From IMG/VR virus record IMGVR_UViG_3300024325_000006, positions 1-41,577 of that record: a stretch of DNA of 41,577 bases. The stretch is one strand, 5' to 3'. Origin of the DNA: a virus. Its lineage: Duplodnaviria > Caudoviricetes. Shown here in pieces: positions 1-9,147 of the stretch; position 1 is the first letter of the stretch; every line of letters begins with the position of its first letter. Below the pieces are notes generated by a model that searched no databases, was not told the DNA's origin, and saw only the letters and a list, made by a program, of their open reading frames with translations. The translations under genes and the position numbers were made by a program.

Positions 1-131
1 CACGGTCAGGGTCAGGGTCACGGTCACGGTCATGGTCACGGTCATGGTCATGGTCAGGGTCAGGGTCAGGGTCAGGGTCAGGGTCACGGTCAGGGTCAGG
101 GTCACGGTCATGGTCATGGTCAGGGTCAGGG
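1..131 (+). repeat. GGTCA[G/C/T] hexamer array (22 variable positions); 3' part of the first Ser-X peptide gene, which ends GVY* at 138-140
   Basis: Perfect 6-bp periodicity, TCA-NGG codons, then GTT TAT TAA as in the paralog at 163-420. Confidence 0.95.
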
Positions 132-162
132 GTTTATTAAACATGTGTGAAAGTAGGCCGAT

Positions 163-420
163 ATGCAAGCAGCTCTACTAGGTAGTCCGACCGTCATTTG
201 GTCAGGGTCACGGTCAGGGTCACGGTCATGGTCACGGTCAGGGTCACGGTCAGGGTCAGGGTCACGGTCATGGTCACGGTCATGGTCATGGTCATGGTCA
301 GGGTCAGGGTCAGGGTCAGGGTCACGGTCATGGTCATGGTCAGGGTCATGGTCATGGTCAGGGTCACGGTCAGGGTCAGGGTCACGGTCATGGTCATGGT
401 CAGGGTCAGGGGTTTATTAG
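163..420 (+). CDS. Leader + (Ser-[Gly/Arg/Trp])n repeat peptide, 85 aa
   Basis: 12-aa leader MQAALLGSPTVI resembles [12 protein letters not shown] at 41414; both lead into the repeat in the same frame and the GVY end is shared. Confidence 0.7.
   Translation: MQAALLGSPTVIWSGSRSGSRSWSRSGSRSGSGSRSWSRSWSWSWSGSGSGSGSRSWSWSGSWSWSGSRSGSGSRSWSWSGSGVY
199..411 (+). repeat. GGTCA[G/C/T] hexamer array, 36 variable positions
   Basis: Direct reading of the sequence. Confidence 0.95.
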
Positions 421-427
421 GATTGTC

Positions 428-574
428 ATGGACAAAGAAAAAGATCAAACAATGGTGCGTATACCCTCTGAGCTTATTCAGAGGGTGCGTATCCTTGCAA
501 ATAGGGAGAAGCGTACAGTGCCTCGACAGGTGGAGTATTTGTTGAGGAAGGCGCTGGAGGAGGAGAATGTTTAA
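428..574 (+). CDS. Arc/ribbon-helix-helix-like DNA-binding protein, 48 aa (not in ORF track)
   Basis: Hand translation MDKEKDQTMVRIPSELIQRVRILANREKRTVPRQVEYLLRKALEEENV; strand-helix-helix pattern typical of Arc. Confidence 0.7.
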   Translation: MDKEKDQTMVRIPSELIQRVRILANREKRTVPRQVEYLLRKALEEENV

Positions 575-827
575 CATCATCGGCGGTTACTTTGATATAA
601 AACGCGCTCAGCGTAGGCAGCAGGAGCTTGAGATTGCATATCTTGATGCGGATTTGGAATTAGCAAAGATCGAGAATAAAATTTTAGCTTTAGAAAAACC
701 TAAAGTACGTCCTTACGTCGCAAGAGAATTTGCTCTGCAACGGGCGTTTTCTCGAATGGGTTTTAACACTAAAACCACCCAAGAATGTATTGACGCAGGC
801 CGCTTATGGGCGAAGGGGGAGAAATGA
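567..827 (+). CDS. Hypothetical protein
   Basis: GGAGGAG RBS, overlaps the upstream stop. Confidence 0.65.
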   Translation: MFNIIGGYFDIKRAQRRQQELEIAYLDADLELAKIENKILALEKPKVRPYVAREFALQRAFSRMGFNTKTTQECIDAGRLWAKGEK

Positions 828-862
828 CGCTCTTTATCGGTGGATAGGGTATAATTGACGAC

Positions 863-990
863 GTAGAGCGTAAAACGGGGAGGCGTGTGTGAATATCCGG
901 GAATAGCACACAATGTAGGCGAAGACCCTACCCTCGCGACCATAACGCGGGGTGGCGCAAAATACAGACGCACCTCCGTTTGCTCTCTAC
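863..990 (+). ncRNA. Circularly permuted tRNA-like RNA (YrlA/Y-RNA-like topology)
   Basis: TATAAT 850-855; T arm 915-931; acceptor 932-938/946-952 closed by ACCATAA; D arm 955-971; closing stems 879-883/973-977 and 863-868/985-990. Confidence 0.65.
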
Positions 991-1008
991 CACTAATTTG
1001 AAGTGTAA

Positions 1009-2613
1009 ATGACCCCCCAAGAAATCCAAACCCTGATACAATCCAGTCCTCTCGCCTGGATTGTATTCAACAAAATGGTCAACGAAAACCAAGAGGCCAT
1101 TGAGTTTGACAACCACCGTTTTATGATCGACTTCTATGCCGATGATTCAGACGATATCGTAAGCAAGAAGTCAGCTCAGGTGGGTTTTAGCGTTGCAGCC
1201 ATCATAAAGAGCCTACACCGCGCTAAGTTCATGAAAGACAACATCATATACGTTTTACCCACTAAAGACGTGGTAGATGGCTTTGTAGTGCCTAAGGTGA
1301 ACCCCTTGATTAGTTCTAACCCTTCGATACACAGTATTGTCAGTGATGATTCTAAGTCGCTTAAGAAAGTCGGTGATCGCTTCCTGTACTTCCGTGGGGG
1401 CTTTAACGATCGGCAAGCCATTAATATCTCCGGTGACATTCTGGTGATTGATGAGTATGACCGTATGCCCGAGATGACTGTGGTCAATACCTTTGACAGT
1501 CGTTTGCAGGCTTCTAAGCATCCCAAGCGTTGGCGTTTCTCTAACCCGAGCCAGATAGGCTTTGGTGTAGATGGACTTTACAATGATTCTAACCAGCTGC
1601 ACTGGTTCGTGAAGTGTTCACACTGTGGCCATGAGTGGTATATGGACTGGACGAAGGATGACCAGAGCCATTACGTAGACAGAGAGCGCAAGATTTACGC
1701 TTGTGGCAAGTGTGACAAAGAGATCACGGACAATGATCGTCGTATGGGAAGATGGATAGCCAAGTACCCGAGCCGTACGAGGCATGGCTATTGGTTCTCC
1801 CAGATGATGGCCCCTTGGGTTAGTGCGCGCCGCATCATTGAACAGTACGAGGAGAGCAATGTTGAGTTCTTCCATAACTTTGTGCTTGGGAAAGCGTATA
1901 CACCTAAGGACATGGATGTCAGTCGTGAGGCCATTCTACGGGCTTGTGCTCCAAGCAACATTCAGCGCACACAAGTAGCTATTGGTGTGGACCAGGATGC
2001 CAGCGGCCAGTACTATGTGTGCATGACCCCAGACGGTATCTTCGACCATGGATATGTTGATAGCTGGGACAAGATAGAGCACCTTAAGCTTATGTACAAT
2101 GCAGTAGTGGTGTGTGACCCTAACCCCTATCCGACTATGCCCAAACAGATGGCCAATAAGTATAGCGACTGGTATCTGTGTTACTTCAAGGTATTGGATA
2201 GCCTCTCGCCCATTCAGTGGAAGAACCAGGAACAGATTGTATATGCCGACCGCACCCGTATCTTAGATACCAGAGCTAATGAGATCACTCAAGCTCGCAT
2301 GCTATACCGTGAGCGGCCTTACCAGCTGGAGGACATCATCACCCACTGGAAGAATTTGTATCGAACGACTGAAGAGAAAGAAGACGGTAAGGTGCGTAGT
2401 ATCTGGATCAAGGTGGAAGACCGGCAGTCTGATTATCCCTTTGCCGAAGTATATGCCCGTATAGGCCTTACGCAGCTTCTGGGAGGCGGTGGTACGCTCC
2501 TGGAGCCTGAGCAAGGTCCTGGGCCTAAGATGACGAATGTATCAACTGATGGCAACAAGCTTAGTGTGGATTTTGGTGGTATACTAAAGGATACTTATGA
2601 CGAAATGCAGTGA
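1009..2613 (+). CDS. terL: Terminase large subunit, lambda GpA-like
   Basis: KSAQVGFS Walker A variant, LVIDEYD Walker B, CSHC/CGKC zinc motif, IGVD nuclease motif; precedes portal. Confidence 0.92.
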   Translation: MTPQEIQTLIQSSPLAWIVFNKMVNENQEAIEFDNHRFMIDFYADDSDDIVSKKSAQVGFSVAAIIKSLHRAKFMKDNIIYVLPTKDVVDGFVVPKVNPLISSNPSIHSIVSDDSKSLKKVGDRFLYFRGGFNDRQAINISGDILVIDEYDRMPEMTVVNTFDSRLQASKHPKRWRFSNPSQIGFGVDGLYNDSNQLHWFVKCSHCGHEWYMDWTKDDQSHYVDRERKIYACGKCDKEITDNDRRMGRWIAKYPSRTRHGYWFSQMMAPWVSARRIIEQYEESNVEFFHNFVLGKAYTPKDMDVSREAILRACAPSNIQRTQVAIGVDQDASGQYYVCMTPDGIFDHGYVDSWDKIEHLKLMYNAVVVCDPNPYPTMPKQMANKYSDWYLCYFKVLDSLSPIQWKNQEQIVYADRTRILDTRANEITQARMLYRERPYQLEDIITHWKNLYRTTEEKEDGKVRSIWIKVEDRQSDYPFAEVYARIGLTQLLGGGGTLLEPEQGPGPKMTNVSTDGNKLSVDFGGILKDTYDEMQ

Positions 2614-2930
2614 TGAATGAGCTTCAGCGTCACATACTTCTTAAGCGCCAGATTCGCCTCGAGGTTAGAACGGTTGAGGCTGTTCCAGATAAACGATATC
2701 GTTGCCTTGTAACACTCATTCGAAGTGACCGCCCCAAGTATTGGACGTTTAGCTGCGTAAATAGTAGCTGTAAAGCAAATATTGTGGAGATACAGAATCT
2801 CGATGTCATAGGTATGGATGACTTTTATGACCCTCAGAATCTAAATAATACTGGCATTGGGCGTCATTGCAAAGGTACACAATCAAATGGCCTAGCGTGC
2901 CCCTACACTTATTTTTTTCACGTTCAGTAA
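2610..2930 (+). CDS. Cys-rich putative zinc-ribbon protein (Mu Com-like regulator candidate)
   Basis: CVNSSC...HCKG...ACP; position between terL and portal. Confidence 0.45.
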   Translation: MMNELQRHILLKRQIRLEVRTVEAVPDKRYRCLVTLIRSDRPKYWTFSCVNSSCKANIVEIQNLDVIGMDDFYDPQNLNNTGIGRHCKGTQSNGLACPYTYFFHVQ

Positions 2931-2933
2931 GAA

Positions 2934-2974
2934 TGCTATAATCTAGCTAAGGAAAGCCCTACATAGGGCTTTTT
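2934..2974 (+). promoter_or_regulatory. Late promoter + leader terminator hairpin, copy 1
   Basis: TGCTATAAT-N7-AGGAAAGCCCT-ACAT-AGGGCTTTTT. Confidence 0.8.
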
Positions 2975-3009
2975 ATTGTCCTAAAACCTACGTAACAGAT
3001 ACGGATTTC

Positions 3010-5139
3010 ATGAACCCCACCAATCCATATAGCCAGAAGCAGAACGTTTTAGAAGAATCTTTTACCGAATTGCATACAGATGCCAAAGACTTTGAAGAGC
3101 TTAGCCTCAGCATGTCCGATGATGATTTGGACAAGATGCTTATTACCTCGCTCGAGACAGATCGTGATCACTGGAACAGGAAGCCCTGGAATCTTCAGGA
3201 GACTGATGTGGTCAACACGGCATTTTTATTGGGGGACCAGATTAATGATAGAGAGTATTTGGCAGGCGAGACAAGGTATCAGGATAATCGCTTGTATAGT
3301 TCAACGCGTGCAATCCTAAGCTATGCGACCGGCCAATTGGCTAAACCGGATATCACACCCAGTCGTGGAGACGAGATATACCTTAAAGGTGCTCGTGACA
3401 TTGGATCGGCTTTATACCAAGATTCAGCTGATGATCATGTAGATTTGCAAGTGCGTGCTGCAGTGCTGAATCTTATTAGCCGTAAACGAGCCTATATTAA
3501 GCTTCGCTATGATCCAAATATTAGTGCCTTTGGCAAGGTGATTAGTGAGGTATGTAATCCTGAGGACATTATACTGGGGCGTTACTCGGCTTACATGAAA
3601 AATCCAGAGAAGATCTATCATCGGCTACGCTGCTCTGTCGGTGAACTTTGTGCCCGCTTCCCCGATAAAGAGGCACAGATTAAAGATGCTTTCTCAGTAC
3701 GTCGTGGTGTATATACGCAAGTCTCTAAGATGATCGAGTACTTTGAATGCTGGTTCACTTACACCGGCGATGATCTAAAGCCCAAAGAAGGTGTTTGTTG
3801 GTTCATATACGAGAAACATTTGATCCTTGATAAGATGCCGAATCCCAATTGGATCTATCTCAAGACGCGGAAGAAGGAAATGGAGGCAAATGTTACTCTT
3901 ATACCTCCAAAGCCATTCGTAATCTTTAACCATATTAATACTGGGCATTCAGCTATTGATGAAACCTGTTTGATTGAGCAGGCGTTACCACTACAGCGTA
4001 TGCTTAACAAGCGTTTGCGACAGATTGGCGAGAACGCTGATTATGTAAACGGCCGTTGGGTATATTCCAAGAAGGCTTTTAGTCAAGAAGATGCACGAGG
4101 ACTCATCAATAAGGGTGCGCGGACGCTTGGGGGTGTGGATCGTGAGGATGTGACTGGCGCTCTTATGAATGTGGCCCCCAACCAATTGGGTCAGTGGGTA
4201 GAGAATACCGTATTTGACTACCGTAATGAGATCGACGGGCTAATGGGTACCCCCTCCCAATTTAAGGGTTCTGATCCGACAACTCATGACACCCTTGGCC
4301 GCGATCTTCTTCTTAAGCAACAAGCTGGCGCTTTACAAGATGATCTTGTGCGTGCGGTATCGGTTGCCATGAGTCATTACTATGAGATTAAGCTCCAGCT
4401 TTGGCGCGTGAATTATACCGATGACTATTGGTTCCAGACTAAGGGTGGAGATGGTAAGTACGAGTTTATCTTGATTAATGGTGATAGGATTGACACGAAT
4501 GTTAAGGTGGGCGTGCAGGTTGATAGTACATTGCCTCTTGATAAAGCAAGCATCCGCCAGACCGCTATGGACTTGGCAAATCAGAATAAGATCGATTACA
4601 AAACTCTCATGGAAGATCTCGGCTTGCCTAATCCTGATGTTCGGGCCGAGCGTTACCTCAAGAGTGTTATTGACCCAATCAACTTCTTGAAATCCGTGGA
4701 AGTGGGTCAGATTAATGCTGAGGCTGAGTCCGATATTCAATTACTCATCATGAACAAGACTCCGGAAGAACGTGACAACTACGATGAGAATTACTTCAAC
4801 TACTACAATAAGGTTCTAGCTAGTAACCGTTTCCAGAAACTGCAAGGTACAGATCCACAGGCTGCACAGCGTGTCACAATGTTCTTGGCTGCAATCCAAC
4901 ACACTATGATGCAGTCACTTAACATCTCTGAGTCACTTATGGATCAAGCTGGCATTGTTAATGACCCAATGCCGATGCCCATCCCGAAGACTAGTATACG
5001 CATTCAAGGACAACTTGATCCTAACCAGAGTGCTCAAATGGCTGGGGTCCAACCTGATGCACAGCCACCAAATGTCCCTGGTCCAGCAAATCCCCAGAGT
5101 ACATCCGCACCTGCTCCTCAAGCTCCGCCAGTTAAATAG
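3010..5139 (+). CDS. Portal protein (P22-like size)
   Basis: 709 aa, follows terL, helical with Pro/Gln-rich tail. Confidence 0.8.
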   Translation: MNPTNPYSQKQNVLEESFTELHTDAKDFEELSLSMSDDDLDKMLITSLETDRDHWNRKPWNLQETDVVNTAFLLGDQINDREYLAGETRYQDNRLYSSTRAILSYATGQLAKPDITPSRGDEIYLKGARDIGSALYQDSADDHVDLQVRAAVLNLISRKRAYIKLRYDPNISAFGKVISEVCNPEDIILGRYSAYMKNPEKIYHRLRCSVGELCARFPDKEAQIKDAFSVRRGVYTQVSKMIEYFECWFTYTGDDLKPKEGVCWFIYEKHLILDKMPNPNWIYLKTRKKEMEANVTLIPPKPFVIFNHINTGHSAIDETCLIEQALPLQRMLNKRLRQIGENADYVNGRWVYSKKAFSQEDARGLINKGARTLGGVDREDVTGALMNVAPNQLGQWVENTVFDYRNEIDGLMGTPSQFKGSDPTTHDTLGRDLLLKQQAGALQDDLVRAVSVAMSHYYEIKLQLWRVNYTDDYWFQTKGGDGKYEFILINGDRIDTNVKVGVQVDSTLPLDKASIRQTAMDLANQNKIDYKTLMEDLGLPNPDVRAERYLKSVIDPINFLKSVEVGQINAEAESDIQLLIMNKTPEERDNYDENYFNYYNKVLASNRFQKLQGTDPQAAQRVTMFLAAIQHTMMQSLNISESLMDQAGIVNDPMPMPIPKTSIRIQGQLDPNQSAQMAGVQPDAQPPNVPGPANPQSTSAPAPQAPPVK

Positions 5140-5182
5140 GGTTGTGGTATAATAAACAGATCATACTGACAAAGGAGTACTA

Positions 5183-6133
5183 ATGGCTGAAGATAAACCA
5201 GCACCCACAGAGGAGCAAATCAAGGCAGCTAATGAAGCCCAAGAAGCTAAATGGCAAGGTGATTTTAAAGAGGAAGACCTGACAATTCCTTACAAACGGG
5301 AGAACAAGAGTGAATCTGCGAAGGGAAGCAAAGATTCTACTGGGAACAATACTGGAGGAGGTGGTGATTCAAACGAAGAAGATGAAGAAGAGGATAACTC
5401 GCCTAAGGAAGTCGAACAATACTCAGAACCCGCACCAGCCCTGACCGTTGAAGATCCTGGAGATTATAAACCTGCTGATTACTCTTTTGAGGTGACACTT
5501 AAAGATGGCAAGACGGTCAAAGTTACAACACCCGAAGAAGCAGAAAAGTTGGCAGATGATCCTGATAACTTCGAAACCCCCAAGCAACTCATGGACTTCA
5601 TCAACAAGCAGAACAAGATGCAACGTAATCTTGACAGGGATTATGAGAAGTGGGAATCACAGCACAAAACATTTACTGAACAGCTCAAAACTGAAACAGA
5701 TAGGCGAAAAACGGTTGATAACTATGTTGCCGAGTTCCAGTATTTAGTTGATAAAGGTAAATTACCGCCAGTTGCTAAGGAATATCTGGATGCCGATTGG
5801 TCTGATCCTGAAGTTGCTAAACAACCCGGGGTTAAAGAGCAAATGGCCCTCCTTAACTATATGATTAAGGAAAATAATGTACGAACTAAAGCTAATATAA
5901 AGCCTCTTACCTCAGTTGTGGATGCCTATTACGCTTGGAAAGAAGATGAAGGCGAACAAGAGAAGGCGAAAGAGGCCGAAGAGGCTAAGAAGGCCGCTGG
6001 CGAAGCTCGCAAGACTGCAAGTGCTCGTGTGGCTGGCGTATCTCCCGCGCAACAGGGTAGTTATGTACCTAAGGGTATCGCCGTTGGTAATCCCAACGTG
6101 TTTAAACGCGGTGCTGCCGTTTGGGATGACTAA
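5183..6133 (+). CDS. Capsid scaffolding protein
   Basis: Acidic, coiled-coil, between portal and capsid; TGGTATAAT upstream and AAAGGAG RBS. Confidence 0.65.
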   Translation: MAEDKPAPTEEQIKAANEAQEAKWQGDFKEEDLTIPYKRENKSESAKGSKDSTGNNTGGGGDSNEEDEEEDNSPKEVEQYSEPAPALTVEDPGDYKPADYSFEVTLKDGKTVKVTTPEEAEKLADDPDNFETPKQLMDFINKQNKMQRNLDRDYEKWESQHKTFTEQLKTETDRRKTVDNYVAEFQYLVDKGKLPPVAKEYLDADWSDPEVAKQPGVKEQMALLNYMIKENNVRTKANIKPLTSVVDAYYAWKEDEGEQEKAKEAEEAKKAAGEARKTASARVAGVSPAQQGSYVPKGIAVGNPNVFKRGAAVWDD

Positions 6134-6141
6134 AAATATAC

Positions 6142-6205
6142 TTGCAATGTGATATGACATAGTTTATTCTGTCAACAGGATAGCCCTGCGAGAGCGGGGC
6201 TTTTT
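6142..6205 (+). promoter_or_regulatory. Late promoter + leader terminator hairpin, copy 2
   Basis: TTGCAA-17-TATTCT-N6-AGGATAGCCCTGC-GAGA-GCGGGGCTTTTT. Confidence 0.8.
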
Positions 6206-6229
6206 GTTTTTAGAAACTAAGGAGAATTT

Positions 6230-7303
6230 ATGTCAGCCACTGCACAAAACGACAGGGTAAACAACATCACCTTACAGGACTACAATGCTTCTGTAGTAGA
6301 CACGATCAACAAATCGAGCGAGATCATGAAGCGCGTTGTGTCTCGCCCTGAACGATGGAATGGTCGAAGCTATAGTTCGCCGATCTTCACCAATAACTCA
6401 CAGCTTGGCACGAGCTTCAAGGGGACTGAGACCTTTGATACCGCAATTGACTACAATACGGCACAAATGACTTGGTTCCCTACTGGTTATGCTCAGCCAG
6501 TTGGCGTGTCGGTTGTTGAACGTTCGATTAATGCCACGCCGAGCGGTGTCGTTGACCTTTACAAGTCTTCCTACCAGTACGCTCAGAACTCGATGATTAC
6601 CGCCTTGGGTCAAATCTTCTACGGTTTTGGTAACGGTAATGACTTTGATGGTCTTGGTGTGATTGTCGATGATGGTACTACCACTTCTACTTACGCTGGT
6701 TTGAGTCGTACGACCTATCCATCGATCAATGGTTTTGTCAGTGCCGCATCTGGTGGTGTACTTGATCTGGATCTTATGGCTTCCGCTGATGATGGTGCTA
6801 CTATTTCTGGTAATGAATCAGAGACACCAAATGTCATCATGGCTACTCAGACCGTCTGGAGCCTATATGAGAGCCTTTTGAGCCCTACCGTAACAGCTCG
6901 CTATGAAGCACAAGGCGGATCATTTGTTGATGGTTCTACGGCCGTTAAACAGAGTGTTAGTCAGAGCGACGCTCTTTGGCTCAAGGCTGGTGCCACAAGT
7001 GTTAGCTTCCGTGGTAAACCACTTGTGCGCGACCAGAAATGTACTGCTGGGCAGATGTTCGGTCTCAACGAGAATTGGTTCTACTTTAAGAGCCTGAAGA
7101 TGATGGGTCTGGACATGATCGCCACCGCTGAAGATGTAACCGCCGGTGCATATGAATCTTACAAAGTATCTGCCTTCCAGTTCCGTGAGCCTTTGATGCC
7201 AGTTAACCAATTGGCCGAGGTTGGTATCTTCGTAATGTACGGTCAATTTTACTGCGAGAATCCCAATCGTAACTTCAAAATTACGGGAATCACCACCACT
7301 TAA
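6230..7303 (+). CDS. Major capsid protein (HK97 fold expected)
   Basis: 357 aa after scaffold; FYGxG..DFDGL and C-terminal YGQFYCENP pattern. Confidence 0.82.
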   Translation: MSATAQNDRVNNITLQDYNASVVDTINKSSEIMKRVVSRPERWNGRSYSSPIFTNNSQLGTSFKGTETFDTAIDYNTAQMTWFPTGYAQPVGVSVVERSINATPSGVVDLYKSSYQYAQNSMITALGQIFYGFGNGNDFDGLGVIVDDGTTTSTYAGLSRTTYPSINGFVSAASGGVLDLDLMASADDGATISGNESETPNVIMATQTVWSLYESLLSPTVTARYEAQGGSFVDGSTAVKQSVSQSDALWLKAGATSVSFRGKPLVRDQKCTAGQMFGLNENWFYFKSLKMMGLDMIATAEDVTAGAYESYKVSAFQFREPLMPVNQLAEVGIFVMYGQFYCENPNRNFKITGITTT

Positions 7304-7332
7304 ATAATAGAAAGGAACGAGGAGAATATACT

Positions 7333-8067
7333 ATGGGTTTATCCGCATCAATTCAAATCACCGACCAAGATATCTATCAGCAACAGTCCGTAGCACCCGC
7401 TGAACGTATTGGTCAGGTGGCCACTACACCAAGCGGCAAGATGTTCGCACTTGCTAAAGCTGGAGGAGCATTAACAGCTGGTCAGATTACTGAACCAGTT
7501 GCCGTGACCGCTAACTATGCCACTCGTACGCTTACAACGGCAGTTGCACAGTATGCCAATCAAGTGACGGTTCCTCTTGGTACAACCGCCTCTGCTGACG
7601 CTTTTATCGGCTTTTGGCTAGTAGTCACTGATGGCACAGGTAAAGGTCAAGGTGCCTATTACATTACCGGTAACACAGCCGCGACCGCTGGTAACAGTAA
7701 TACCACCATTGTTACGGTTAGCGGTGCAATCAATATCGCTCTTGATACAACCAGTGTTGTGGGTATTTACCCGAATCAAGAGGTGACTGTTATCCAGCAC
7801 ACCGCTGTAGTTGCCATCCCTTGCGCTGGTGCTCCAGTTATCAACATCACTTCTGGTAACTACTTCTGGAATCAAATACAAGGTATGGCCTCAATCCTTA
7901 GTGATGGTGCTATTACCAAGAATGTTCAAGGTATCCCATCTGATGCAACTGCTGGTTCTGTAGAGATTCGAGTAGACGCTACAATAGTCCCTCCTGTTGG
8001 TTATGCTCCAGAGCTTACTGTTACGACCAAGTACTCACCATTCGTTCTAACACTTGAAGGTTTGTAG
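7333..8067 (+). CDS. Capsid decoration/minor capsid protein
   Basis: Beta-rich A/G/T protein after the capsid gene with GNYFWNQIQG motif. Confidence 0.55.
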   Translation: MGLSASIQITDQDIYQQQSVAPAERIGQVATTPSGKMFALAKAGGALTAGQITEPVAVTANYATRTLTTAVAQYANQVTVPLGTTASADAFIGFWLVVTDGTGKGQGAYYITGNTAATAGNSNTTIVTVSGAINIALDTTSVVGIYPNQEVTVIQHTAVVAIPCAGAPVINITSGNYFWNQIQGMASILSDGAITKNVQGIPSDATAGSVEIRVDATIVPPVGYAPELTVTTKYSPFVLTLEGL

Positions 8068-8075
8068 GTTTTATC

Positions 8076-8597
8076 ATGACCCATCTATATATTGAAAAAT
8101 ATCGCGAAGAAGTACGACTTAAAGGTATCCAGACTAAAAAACCTGTTCTTTTGTCCGGTAGCGCCGCTACTTTGAGTGTAGGTGGGACGTCGACCTTCAC
8201 CGGTGTAGCTACCTTCACCGCTACTCCAGTCTTTAGTGGGGGTCAAGTTCGGTCCAACATACAGTTAAGTGCTCTAGTAGGGGCCACAGTTGTCCTTACG
8301 GCTGCTGACTCAGGTGCGGTACTTATTAATCGTTCCACGTCAGGAAGCCCATCTTGGACATTACCTACCAATGTTGCAGGATTATTCTATACCTTCTACG
8401 TGCGTGATGTCACCACTGGCTTTACAGTTACTGGCGGTACTATTAAGGCCAAAACTTCCTCCACTGGCACCGCCATTAGTGGTACGACTCTGACGAATAC
8501 CCAAGCTACTGCGGTAGTTGGCGACACGATAACGCTACTGGCTGATGGGACAAACTGGATAGCCACTACTCAGTCTGGCATCTTTGCGGCGACATAA
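8076..8597 (+). CDS. Virion structural protein (small fibre-like)
   Basis: T/S/G-rich, WTLP...DGTNW pattern. Confidence 0.5.
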   Translation: MTHLYIEKYREEVRLKGIQTKKPVLLSGSAATLSVGGTSTFTGVATFTATPVFSGGQVRSNIQLSALVGATVVLTAADSGAVLINRSTSGSPSWTLPTNVAGLFYTFYVRDVTTGFTVTGGTIKAKTSSTGTAISGTTLTNTQATAVVGDTITLLADGTNWIATTQSGIFAAT

Positions 8598-8607
8598 GGG
8601 AGATTAT

Positions 8608-8850
8608 ATGTCTGACACACACATTAATGCTTATTTTGAAGAGGTAGCTCAGGCCGAAAAGCGGGTACTCCAAGCGCATGCCGAATGGGAGACCGCTAAG
8701 AATCAATTAGAGGCTAAGAAAAAAGAAGTTGGTTATGAAGAACTCGAAACTGAACCTACACAAAAACCTGAAAAGGATATTGCATCGGTAGATAATGAAA
8801 AGAGTGATGCCGATTCAAGGTCTAAGAGCATCTTTCATAAAAATAGGTAA
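8608..8850 (+). CDS. Hypothetical protein
   Basis: AAGGGAG RBS before ATG 8608. Confidence 0.6.
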   Translation: MSDTHINAYFEEVAQAEKRVLQAHAEWETAKNQLEAKKKEVGYEELETEPTQKPEKDIASVDNEKSDADSRSKSIFHKNR

Positions 8851-8867
8851 TTCGTCTATACAATATT

Positions 8868-8892
8868 GACCGCCTCTCTTGAGGCGGTTTTT
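8868..8892 (+). terminator. Intrinsic terminator
   Basis: GACCGCCTC-TCTT-GAGGCGGTT-TTT. Confidence 0.75.
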
Positions 8893-8925
8893 GTTTTATT
8901 TGCAACATATGCTATCATTCCGCAT

Positions 8926-9147
8926 ATGGATATCACAGAGTTAGAGGTTCGTATAGCTGCTACCCAGCAGCTTTTTGATGAGAAGGAAGCAGAACGCCAA
9001 AAGTACCTAAAACTCGCCGAGGAGTGTTTTATAGAAGTTACCCAACTACAGGGTGAATTCCGTGTTTTAAACAGATTATTGGAAGAAATAAATAAAAGGG
9101 TTGACCCAAATACCATAACGGTCCAGCCCGAGGAGGAAAGTAACTAA
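8926..9147 (+). CDS. Hypothetical coiled-coil protein, probably leaderless
   Basis: TGCTATCAT (8910-8918) lies 7 nt before ATG 8926. Confidence 0.6.
   Translation: MDITELEVRIAATQQLFDEKEAERQKYLKLAEECFIEVTQLQGEFRVLNRLLEEINKRVDPNTITVQPEEESN

Noticed and set aside
1-411. CRISPR array or DGR template/variable repeat
   Set aside because: 6-bp period with no spacers; no cas or reverse transcriptase ORF recognised; variation is not adenine-specific mutagenesis of a template
194-580. ORFs 194-580 (-, T-L/M/V repeats) and 198-545 (+, V-R/T/M repeats)
   Set aside because: By-products of the stop-free hexamer repeat; only the Ser-X frame has a conserved leader and terminus in both copies
863-990. Conventional tRNA or two-piece tmRNA
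   Set aside because: Halves are in swapped order with no anticodon loop; no G3-U70 alanine identity and no evident tag reading frame
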